Positions 9,597 through 19,044 of a DNA stretch of 19,340 bases are shown one piece after another. Made by a program: the position numbers and the translations under genes. Each line of letters opens with the position of its first letter. Position 1 is the first letter of the stretch. The notes below the pieces were generated by a model. It was not told the origin of the DNA, did not search any database, and worked only from the letters and a program-made list of their open reading frames with translations. Location of the stretch: the NCBI RefSeq assembly GCF_006345805.1, contig NW_021824268.1, positions 1 through 19,340 of the forward strand, in the 5' to 3' direction. Source of the DNA: Octopus sinensis (lineage: Eukaryota).

Positions 9597-10240
9597 TTCA
9601 TCAGTTACGCAGATTTCTGCGATCGATGATGTAAAATTACATGGGACTTTTAAAGAGCATTTGAGCATATCACACGTGTCAGTAGCGTTGTTCGATGAGG
9701 TGTTTGCTATGGTCAAATATTGTTTAAAAATTGCATTTATAACTTACTAGCAGAATCGTCCGGCGTTCCTCGGGTTTGTTTCGACCCTTTAGAATTGGAA
9801 TTTTTGAAACGTAAAATTTTGCATTATGTAGCTTGTTATTCTCTTTAAGTGAACATTTATCTGGTTGAAATACACCGAAAAATGGCGACACAGCAGTCAA
9901 AAAATCGTAAGAAATAGGGATTTTCATAGAAAAAAAGCAATTTTTTTATGTAAATAATTTTTGGTGCTACCATGGTCCAATTTGAATTTTTTCTTCTACG
10001 AAAGAAGCCTTCTATCATACTCTCAGTTTTGGTCAACTTGCGCTGCAGGGTCTCGGAGGAGATAGTGTTAGTTGAAGGCTACCAAACCTGCCATACACAG
10101 ACAACTTCAGCTTTATATAGAGATTATCGATCAGAGAAACATGTTCGACAAATGAAACTTAGAAATCACAAATTCATGTTTAATGTTTTCCGTCACAAGA
10201 GATGTGTTTTGTATATTGTGTTATAAGCCTAAACTGATCG
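9597..10240. mobile_element. Unclassified interspersed repeat, copy 1 (interrupted by Helitron)
   Basis: 9597-9746 and 10124-10240 align with 11878-12137 and 12554-12580. Confidence 0.75.
9747..10123 (-). mobile_element. Non-autonomous Helitron (377 bp)
   Basis: Minus strand begins A|TC (10123), ends with GC-rich hairpin ccg-aggaacgc-cgg, 9 nt, then CTAG|T (9747); no TSD; absent from the paralogous repeat near 12037. Confidence 0.85.
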
Positions 10241-10264
10241 TATAAAATCCAACCGGGTCATGCT

Positions 10265-10279
10265 CTCCTCCCTCCGCCC

Positions 10280-10374
<95 letters not shown>

Positions 10375-10375
10375 G
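10265..10375. repeat. (CT)n microsatellite
   Basis: Direct reading. Confidence 0.95.
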
Positions 10376-10714
10376 GAACATCTGTCAAATTTGGAAGTTC
10401 TTCTTTTGGCCGCAGGCAGAGAAGTATTACTCTGCTTGCTGGAACGTAAGGCCAACCATCGTATGTGGTCAGTATTTGTGAGGAACGTGGTGAATTCATT
10501 GATTGGAGTCGGCTCAACGTACCTCGGGTGAATGCCACCCCATGTACAAGTAGCAAATCCCATTTCTCATCAATACATCTTCTTCGACCGATCGCAACAC
10601 TCACCACATCTTCACAGTGTCGCCAATTTACTGTAACACTCACCATATTTCCACACATTCTCATTTGTCTATTACAAAACCACCCCGCTCCTCAAGGGAA
10701 TAAACACAAACACA

Positions 10715-10790
10715 ATGACACACACACAAACACACACACACACTCACTAACGCAAGCACATACACGAAATCACGCGAACACACACGAACG

Positions 10791-10844
<54 letters not shown>

Positions 10845-11010
10845 CATACGTCAGCTTCCACTCAGCTTCTGTCAATCAAATTTACTCATAAGGCTTTGGT
10901 CATCCCGTTTCAGCTATTGTAGAAAACATTTGACCACGGTGACGCGCTGAGGGACTGAACCCGAAACCACCTGGTTTCAAAGGGAGCTTTTCTGATCCTC
11001 ACAGCCATGC
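10715..11010 (-). mobile_element. Old diverged SINE family A 5' half (10848-11010) with adjoining (CA)n microsatellite
   Basis: Minus strand catggctgtgagg...gggttcagtccc...accaaagccttatgagt...ggaagctgacgtat. Confidence 0.75.
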
Positions 11011-11242
11011 CTGTACCCAGGCCATCATTACAGATTCCAATTGGATTCTTGCATGAAAAGACAATTATAAAACAATACACCTGTACAGATTCACACCTGC
11101 CAATTATCTGGAACTTTCTAAATTCCGACACATTCTTTAAGATTCTGTCAAGGCACAAACATAATGTAAAACAAAAATAGTAAGACGGGACCCTTAAGTC
11201 TAAGACTAAGACTATTTTCTCCAAAGAGACAGTGAGTAAGTA

Positions 11243-11811
11243 TTGGGTCGTCCCATAAATAATGTAGGTTTTTCAATTGCATGAACTAGAAGTCGAAGGA
11301 GGGCGAGATAAACTACTTGCATCAGCTTGCCATAAAAGCAAGTAATAATTTTATCTCGTGCTTATTCTTAGTGCAAGTTTTGAAGAGTGCCGTTCGATTT
11401 CAACAGTAATTTTTTCAAAGCAGTAATGGAAGTGGCAAAGGAACATATTCAGCATATTTTTTTATGAGTTCAATAAAGGCAACTACGCAATAAAGTGTGA
11501 GGAATATTAATGCAGTAAATGGGAATTGGACAAGAAGCGTAAGCCAGTGTTAACGGTGGTTCTAGAAATTCCGAGCTGGAAATTATAGCCTAGAAGACTA
11601 GCCTTGTCCTGAAAGATCTGTAGAGCTCAATGAGGACGTTCTGCAAACCCTGGTAGAACATAATCCCATTGTAACTCTTGAGGAACTAGCAGAGAAGCTT
11701 GGATTTGGTCATTCAACCATTCATCAATAGAGAGTATATTTTACCGTCAAAAAGAACTTTTTGAAAAATAAAAGGAGTACCACAAAAAAACGCATTTATG
11801 GGATGACCCAA
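11243..11811 (+). mobile_element. Internally deleted mariner transposon with disabled N-terminal HTH of transposase (11426-11727)
   Basis: TIRs ttgggtcgtcccataaat / ttgggtcatcccataaat flanked by TA (11241-2, 11812-3); MEVAKEHIQHI..YEFNKG..SQC*RWF*KFRAGNYSLED*PCPERSVELNEDVLQTLVEHNPIVTLEELAEKLGFGHSTIH. Confidence 0.93.
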
Positions 11812-11877
11812 TACTTGTAGGAGAGAGAGAGAGGAGAGGAGAGAGAAGTAATAAGTTTGAATTTGATATTTCCTTAT

Positions 11878-12580
11878 GTCATCAGTTGCACAGGTTTCTG
11901 CGATCGATGATGGCAAATTACATGGGACTTTTAAAGAGCATTTGAGCATAACACACGCGTCATTGATCTTGTACGATGGAGCGTTTGCTATGATCAAATG
12001 TTGTTTAAAAATTGCATTTATAATTTCAGATCATCTATTATCGATCAGAGAAACATGTGCGACAAATGAAACTTAGAAATCACAAATTCATGTTTAATGG
12101 TTTCTGTCATAAGAGATGTGTTTGTATATTGCGTTATTATTTTCTGCTCTAGGCACAAGGCCCGAAATTTTAGGGGAGGGAGGTCAGTTGATTAGATCGA
12201 CCCCCGTACGCAACTGATACTTAATTTATCCACCCTGAAAGGATGAAAGCCAAAATTGACCTCGGCGGAATTTAAACTCAGAACGTAAAAACAGATGAAA
12301 TACCTATTTCTTTACTACCCACAAGGGGCTAAACACAGAGGGGACAATCAAGGACAGACAAACGGATTAAGTCGAGTACATCGACCTCAGTGCGTAACTG
12401 GTACTTATTTAATCGACCTCGAAAGGATGAAAGGCAAAGTCGATCTCGGCGGAATTTGAACTCAGAACGTAAAGACAGACGAAATACTGCTAGGCATTTC
12501 GCCCGGCGTGCTAAGGTTTCTGCCAGCTCGCCACCTTATAAATATTGCGTTATAATCCCCAAACTGATCGTAGAGAACCC
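11878..12580. mobile_element. Unclassified interspersed repeat, copy 2 (interrupted by SINE dimer)
   Basis: Paralog of 9597-10240. Confidence 0.75.
12138..12541 (-). mobile_element. SINE family D dimer (full unit 12304-12537 joined to head-less unit 12141-12303) with 12-bp TSD
   Basis: atattgcgttat at 12126-12137 and 12542-12553; site single in the paralog near 10213; two B-box regions. Confidence 0.88.
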
Positions 12581-12676
12581 TACTGCGTCGTACAGCAAAG
12601 GGAATTTAACGTGAATACTATTAAGAGCCACACCAATGTGGAAATTTTGTCACGCGCCTAGCGACTCCATTTCCAC

Positions 12677-12757
<81 letters not shown>
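12677..12757. repeat. (TG)n microsatellite
   Basis: Direct reading. Confidence 0.95.
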
Positions 12758-12759
<2 letters not shown>

Positions 12760-12876
12760 AGAGAAACAGACGGTGAAATACCACCTCCACTGACTTACTC
12801 TTAGTATACTACGACGTATCCAAGACTTCAGCAGCTTATAAGACTAACCACGACCCTATTATGTAATGTATGCCAA

Positions 12877-13026
12877 TGGCTGTGGTAAGAAGCTTGCTTC
12901 CCAGCCACATGGCTCCAGGTTCAGTCCTACTGCGTGCCACCTTGGGCAAGTGTCTTCTATTATAGCCTCGGGCCGACCAAAACCTTGTGAGTGGATTTGA
13001 TAGACGGAAACAGAAAGACACTCATC

Positions 13027-13030
<4 letters not shown>
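12877..13030 (+). mobile_element. SINE family A 5' half with A- and B-box-like motifs
   Basis: tggctgtggtaagaagcttgc...aggttcagtcct...gacggaaacagaaagacactcatcg followed by (TA)n. Confidence 0.9.
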
Positions 13031-13086
<56 letters not shown>

Positions 13087-13088
<2 letters not shown>

Positions 13089-14666
13089 GGCATACCTCGG
13101 CTTAAATCGTTTCGATTTAAGTCGTTCTCGATTATGCGTCGGTTTTCAAATAATATATGGACAAATAAAAATCAAGTGAAGTCATTTTACTCGACTTTAC
13201 ATCTGTCCGCCACAAATATCGGAATCATAAAATCACTAGAAAACCGTTGAAAGCACATAAAATCATGTTACTGTACAATAAATAAGAATAAAAACATATA
13301 AAATCATATTAAAATACGTACAGTAAATGTTAAGATACACACCATAAAGTATTGTGGCTTAGTGAACGAAATCATGAAATCAGCTGTGTTGTCTTATTTA
13401 TCGGTCTTTCATAGATCATATTGCACTGTAGTTCCAATATCTACTGTTAGGCGTTCTTGTCACACGTGATACCCGCTATTGTTTTAAATTCAGATTCGTG
13501 TACGTCTGTTTATCGGCTACTTTCTCATTCATTTGTGACTTTATTTTTTGCCCCCATTGGCTCTAAGAAAATTCATAGTGAAATAATTGCTATCTTCAAG
13601 CGTTACTATACGAAGCGTATGCTGCGGCAAGCAGCAGCTGCAACTGATCTTGATGAGTCCATCAGACTTCGTGACTTTTGGAAGAGATACGATATCTACA
13701 AGGCTGTACAGAACATAGCAGTGGCATGGAATGATGTACAGAGCACGGCTATGAATGGTGTATGGAAGAAGCTATGCCTGCAATTCGTGAATGATTTTAA
13801 GGGGTGCCATCAGCAAAACGTTGGTGACTACGAGCAAAGAACTGGAAATGAATTTGGAGGAGGAGGGTTTCACAGATTTATTTGAAAAAGACCAGCAACC
13901 CCTGACGAACGAGGATTTGATAGAGATTCACGAGCAGCAAAATAAAGAGGAAGTGAAATCTGAGCCACGTCACTTTGCCATTAAGAAAATGCAGCAAGCA
14001 TTTGCATATAATCGAAAAAAAGTCTTTCTATGTTCGAGGATATGGATCCAGATGCTGACGCTTTTCCTAGATTATGGGGGCTTGCCACGAAGCTTTTGCA
14101 TCTTACGATGTAACCTTTGGGGAAAAGAAGGAAGCAGTTCAAGGAACTCTCAACCAGTTTTTTAAGTGCATCAAACAACAAGAACAGCCAGAATCAGCTG
14201 TTGATGATGGCAATCCACAGCCATCTACACCCACGATGTAAACCACCAAATTGTATGTACATATTGGTAAATTTAAAATTATTTTTTTTTTTACTATTGC
14301 AAAATAAAATTTTGTTTTTTAAGCTTAAAAAAGGCTTTTATTTTACTATGTCTTATCGCAAACCGTATTCATAAATAAAGCGTCCGCGATGTGCGGTAAA
14401 CAGATTTGTATTTGTCGATTTAGATTTTTTTTTTACTGTACTGTATCAAAAAATAAAAATTATTTGTTTGTAAGCTTAAAATAGGTTTTTATTAACCATG
14501 TATTATTGAAAATGCATTCATAAATAAAGTCCGGAACTGGAAATGGTAATTAACGGTTTAGCTTAGAGACAAGTAAATTCAGCCTAGCCTAGCCTACAGA
14601 CATGTTAATTCGACTAAATCGTGTCTCCTGGAACCAATTAATGACGTAGGGTGATGGGTATACTTG
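13087..14666 (+). mobile_element. Internally deleted Tigger/pogo DNA transposon inserted in (TA)n
   Basis: Left end ta|caggcatacctcg, right end reverse complement ta|caagtataccc; contains transposase remnant and agcctagcctagccta near the right end. Confidence 0.9.
13556..14241 (+). pseudogene. Tigger/TIGD1-like (DDE_1) transposase pseudogene, C-terminal part
   Basis: EIIAIFKRYYTKRMLRQA...LRDFWKRYDIYKAVQNIAVAWNDV...MNGVWKKLC..FVNDFKG; after frameshifts LTNEDLIEI..EPRHF..FEDMDPD..EKKEAVQGTLNQFF..PQPST, stop 14239-14241. Confidence 0.92.
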
Positions 14667-14712
<46 letters not shown>

Positions 14713-14717
14713 TATTA

Positions 14718-14982
14718 TAGTGAATGGAATAAATGGAGTTGAACGAAGATTGCACAGAATACCTTTTATTACTCTACACATGTTCGAAGGCCACAAATTT
14801 CCAAATTCTGTTTAAATAAGGGTACCATATTGCGGCTTTCTCTTCTTTCCTGAAGAGAAAGCCGCAATATGGTACCCTTATTTAAACAGAATTTGGAAAT
14901 TTGTGGCCTTCGAAACATGTGTAGAATGTAATAAAAGGTATTCTGTGCAATCTTCGTTCAACTCCATTTATTCCAATCACTA
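14718..14982. repeat. Near-perfect 265-bp palindrome (arms 14718-14845 and 14852-14982, loop tttcct)
   Basis: Manual alignment: 1 mismatch and 2 small indels over about 128 bp. Confidence 0.95.
14843..14926 (+). ncRNA. Type I hammerhead-ribozyme-like motif with long stem II loop (probably inactive)
   Basis: CTGAAGA 14850-14856; stem II 14857-14867 with 14901-14911 (10 of 11 pairs); GAAA 14912-14915; palindromic ACATGT; position 17 is G and stem I is poor. Confidence 0.55.
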
Positions 14983-15118
14983 ATAATATTAAACTTCAAT
15001 TATCCGCTCCAACGCACGGTTGCAACACCAAATGGTCTTATCTCCAACCGTGCTGTTTTCCGCTGTGTTAAACCTTTGAATAATCTGTTACAAGAAAATT
15101 CATCTTCTATTTCAACAA

Positions 15119-15120
<2 letters not shown>
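14846..15120 (+). mobile_element. Penelope-like pseudo-LTR remnant (right arm plus continuation) between (TA)n tracts
   Basis: HHR-like motif, inverted duplication of its 5' part, both ends in (TA)n; family call is inference. Confidence 0.5.
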
Positions 15121-15195
<75 letters not shown>

Positions 15196-15200
15196 TATAT
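15120..15200. repeat. (TA)n microsatellite
   Basis: Direct reading. Confidence 0.95.
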
Positions 15201-15227
15201 ATTTGTGTGTGGTGTGTGTGTGCAGCA

Positions 15228-15435
15228 GTGGCTGTATGGTAAGAAGCTTTCTTACTAACTACATAGTGCCGATGTTGGGGTGTTTACGTCCCCGTTACTT
15301 AGCGGTTCGCCAAAAGAAGCCGATAGAATAAGTACTAGGCTTACGAAGAATAAGTCCTGGGGTCTGTTTGTTCGATTAAATCCGTTGCTCCAGCATGGCC
15401 GCTCTCAAATGACTGAAACACGTAACAGAATAAAA
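15228..15435 (+). mobile_element. SINE family A with internal deletion (head 15228-15264 joined to 3' half)
   Basis: gtggctgtatggtaagaagc... directly followed by ccgatgttggggtgtttacgtcccc...cagcatggccgc...tgactgaaaca. Confidence 0.85.
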
Positions 15436-15560
15436 CAACATCGTTTTCACATTTTGACACAAGGCCAGCAATGTACATCCACATAATCCACCAATTCTAA
15501 TCGATTATTTTGATGCGAGAATAATGTAACTCGGCACTAATATTTATTTATACAATCTAC

Positions 15561-15933
15561 ATGGCTGTGAAGGAAGAATCTTGCTTCCTAGCCACACGGT
15601 TTCGGGTTCAATCCCACTGCGTGGCACCTTAAGCAAGTGTCTTCTACTCAGGCCGGCCAAAGCCTTGTGAGTGGATTTGGTAGACGGAAACTGAAAGAAG
15701 CCCGTCGTCTATATATATATATATATCTTTATGTGTATGTATCTTTGTATCTGCGTTTGTCACAAACCACCACCGCTTGTCAACCGGTGTTGGTGTTTTT
15801 ACATCCCCGTAAATTGGCATAGAAAGCTTAAAAATAAAAACATGTACTGGAATCGATTGATTCAACTAAAAATTCTTCACGGCGAAGCCCCAGCATGGCC
15901 GCAGTCTAATTAGTGAAGCAAGTAAAAGACAAA
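15561..15933 (+). mobile_element. SINE family A, full-length bipartite copy with short internal (TA)n
   Basis: Head, B-box gggttcaatccc, body, microsatellite about 15709-15745, diverged 3' half ending gcaagtaaaagacaaa. Confidence 0.9.
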
Positions 15934-16568
15934 TGGTATTGTCTCAATGAAATATTTCTGAAGAATATATTCCAAGCTTTTGTAAAGAGAAAATGTTCTT
16001 CCTACAAAATATATCCTCATGAGAATTCCATCCTAAGGAGCAACAATTTCTTCAAGGAAATTACGAAAATTTCCTTCGCCAATTAGTTCTGCACTTTTTG
16101 CCGTAATTTGATAATTACTAAAAACATAGTTTGCTTAGCTAATTAAATACTCCGGTATTGATTTAGAGTATCGCTAATTAACTATAAACTATCACGTTAA
16201 TTATGATTGTTATCGCACCAGTAATTGTTCCCGACTCTTTCTTCAGATCTTTAAAGACACTGGCCATGTGGCGGTTCTGAGAGGCAACGCACCGAGAAAT
16301 TCCCATTGAAACATGGTCGTCATCCTCATCATTGTTTCTTAGCGCTGGTATTTTTCGATGTCTTTATGACTGACCACGAATCTCATTTATTTTACAAGTT
16401 AAATCTTTCTCTGCGTGCTTAATGATGACGAAACATAGATTCAAGGTCGCACAACTTTAGAGGAACCAGCAGTCGATTATACTGCACTGAAGGGGAAAAA
16501 CATAGCATGAAGGGATGCAAGCAAATACCAAATGACCATTTGTCCCCCACCCGTCTACCGATTCTGCC

Positions 16569-16652
<84 letters not shown>

Positions 16653-16774
16653 GTAGGTAGATTGATTGTTTGATTGATTGATTGATTGATTGAGTGAGTG
16701 AGTGAGTGAGTGAGTGAGTGAGTGAGTGAGTGAGTGAGTGAGTGAGTGAGTGACAGACAGACAGACAGACAGAC

Positions 16775-16822
<48 letters not shown>

Positions 16823-16877
16823 TGATTGACAGACAGACTGACTGACTGATTGATAGACAGACGACAGACAGACAGAC

Positions 16878-16926
<49 letters not shown>
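16569..16926. repeat. Compound tetranucleotide array (GATA)n-(GGTA)-(GATT)n-(GAGT)n-(GACA)n-(GATA)n-(GACT)-(GACA)-(GATA)n
   Basis: Direct reading. Confidence 0.97.
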
Positions 16927-16946
<20 letters not shown>

Positions 16947-17035
16947 TGTCAGAGCCATAAATTATGTATCTCTTAACACTAAAATAATTGTAGAAACCAA
17001 TAATTTGGCACTAGTCTCGTTGTGGCAGCAAAAAC

Positions 17036-17348
17036 TTCTCTCTCTCCCTATCTATCTCTCTATCTCTCTGTCCTTCTCTCTCTCTCTTTCTCTCTCTCTC
17101 TCCCCCTATCTATCTCTCTATTTCTCTGTCTCTGTCTCTCTCTCTCTCCCTATCTATCTCTCTAGCTCTGTTTCTCTCTCTCTTTCTCTCTCTCTCTTCC
17201 CATTCTTTCTCACTGCCAGCCTCTCTCTTTTTATACCAATCTATCAATCAATCAATCTCGTAATTCCCCATTTCAACAGACAAAAGCACAAAGTCCCCAA
17301 AAATGGTCAATTTATGATTCTGTTAATTATCGATCTGCACGCGCGCAT

Positions 17349-17400
<52 letters not shown>
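17036..17400. repeat. (CT)n/(CTAT)n tract (17036-17230) and (CA)n tract (17348-17400)
   Basis: Direct reading. Confidence 0.93.
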
Positions 17401-17402
<2 letters not shown>

Positions 17403-18204
17403 TCGGATTGTGTCCTCGCCCTATTCGTCGCCATGCTCTCCTTTATCTGTTTTAAGAAGATATAAATGAAATGAATAACTGATATAAATAAAGAAAGAAA
17501 GAAAGAAAGAAATATGTAAATAAATGACAAACGACATTAAAAGCAGAATGCAGTTACTTAAAGTCAGAATGGAGACAAATGAAGAGGAAGAAGATGAGGA
17601 GTTAAGAGAGAGAGAGAGAGGGGGGAGAGTGTTTTGTAGTTAACCTGGATTTTGAATTCAATACTGAACAAAGAACGATTTGTCTCTGGAGGCAGAGACG
17701 AGTCAAACCAGGGAATAACATGACTGACTGACCTGGAAATCAATCATTTGATCTCAAAAGCCGCGCATTCACTGGAGGAACATTCCAGAGTGTTGAAGTG
17801 CAGAGGAACTAAGAACTGTCACTGGATTTCCGATCAGGTTCTGAAGAATTGATTAACCTTTGGTCTGAGATAAAAGTACAAAGGCTATGGTCCCACTTGT
17901 TTGTGAGGAATGGACATATCGGAGATTCTTTGATGCCCTGCTGCAGATCTAAAGAGGCAGTCATCCGAATAAGGAGGCGTAGAGTGAACAAAGAAGCGAA
18001 CCGGAAAAGTGCATTGAATCTTGTGAAGTGTGACGGACAGCCAAAGGCTTGACTTGAAACAAACGCAAAGAAACAACACAATAAGCGGTCAGTTGGTTAC
18101 AGAATCAGAGATATATCAGTATAGGGCCGGGGGCGGAAACAATATTTATGTAAAGAACCGATTGTACATACACGGAAAACGGTGAAAGCAGGAGTTGAAA
18201 TTTG

Positions 18205-18340
18205 ATTCCTAACCACATGGTTCAGGGTTCAGTCCCACTGTGTGGTACCTTGGGCAAGTGTCTTCTACTATAGCCACTGGCTGATCAAAGCCTTGTGCGT
18301 GGATTTGGTAGGCGGAAACTGAAAGAAGCCCGTCGTATAT
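18205..18340 (+). mobile_element. SINE family A 5' half (head truncated)
   Basis: aaccacatggttcagggttcagtcccactg...gaaagaagcccgtcgtatat followed by (GA)n(TG)n. Confidence 0.9.
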
Positions 18341-18354
18341 GTTAGAGAGAGAGG

Positions 18355-18390
<36 letters not shown>

Positions 18391-18394
18391 ATTT

Positions 18395-18596
18395 CAAAAT
18401 GTAACCATATGTGAATAGTTGGGGATTTTTTCCTCCATCTTCCTTTTCTATTGGACTTTCCTCTGTTTCTGAAGAAGAGCTTTGCTCGAAACGTTAAACC
18501 ATCTTTCTTTCCTTCCCTGAAAGTCTGTTAATACTTTACAGGTACCACGTCCTCGCGTTGTTTACTTTTTTTGTGTTTGATCTTCGTTTTTCTTGA
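18395..18596 (+). mobile_element. Penelope-like pseudo-LTR fragment carrying minimal hammerhead
   Basis: Contains the motif at 18465-18499; bounded by (TG)n and (TA)n. Confidence 0.6.
18465..18499 (+). ncRNA. Minimal type I hammerhead ribozyme with extra A after A9
   Basis: gttt-CTGAAGA-a-gagc ttt gctc-GAAA-cg-TT-aaac: 4-bp stem I, 4-bp stem II, palindromic ACGT stem III; predicted cut after 18495. Confidence 0.7.
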
Positions 18597-18613
18597 TATA
18601 TATATATATATCG

Positions 18614-18646
<33 letters not shown>

Positions 18647-18686
18647 CTAATATATATATAATATATATATATAATATTATTATATA
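18597..18686. repeat. (TA)n microsatellite between two convergent HHR modules
   Basis: Direct reading. Confidence 0.95.
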
Positions 18687-18890
18687 GAAGGAGCTTCTAC
18701 AGGACTAGAACTGTTTCATTCAAGAGAAATCTTCAGGAAGCTAGTTAACAAGAATTGTATTGGCATTTATACATTAGGCAGGTTTAACGGGGTGTTGGTG
18801 GGGGACTTTTTTGGGGTAGGGTAGGCATAGCGCCAAAATATCATACTTGGGGGAGTGGTCAAGGAGTCAGTGTTAAATTAGATAGAAGAA
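18686..18890 (-). mobile_element. Penelope-like pseudo-LTR or retrozyme-like fragment containing the 18692-18742 hammerhead
   Basis: ORF-less module ending a few nt after the HHR in (TA)n; upstream boundary uncertain (may extend towards 19045). Confidence 0.5.
18692..18742 (-). ncRNA. Type I hammerhead ribozyme with intact catalytic core
   Basis: Minus strand agcttc-CTGAAGA-tttc tctt gaat-GAAA-cag ttctagtc ctg-TA-gaagct: 6-bp stem I, 4-bp stem III, stem II 3 bp with U.U at 10.1/11.1; GUA triplet, cut between 18698 and 18697. Confidence 0.8.
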
Positions 18891-19044
18891 TAAAATAAAA
18901 AAATTAAAAAATAAGAAAATAAAAAATAAAAAAATAAAAAATAAAATAAATAAAAAACCATATATAAAAAAAACTATATATAAAAAAAAGGGAAGGGGGG
19001 GGAATAGAGTTTTAGGTAAATAAGGAGATTCTCACTTATACCTA

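Noticed and set aside
9552-10262. catgacc / ggtcatg as TIRs of the host repeat
   Set aside because: Only 7 bp, not shared by copy 2, no TSD.
16178-16363. Stop-free minus-strand frame (RHRKIPALRNNDEDDDHVSMG...) and plus-strand acceptor at 16246
   Set aside because: No convincing splice pair or known domain; plus-strand frames are closed. A non-coding exon cannot be excluded.
17400-17440. Minus-strand ATG GCG ACG... as a first exon
   Set aside because: Runs straight into (TG)n; no independent support.
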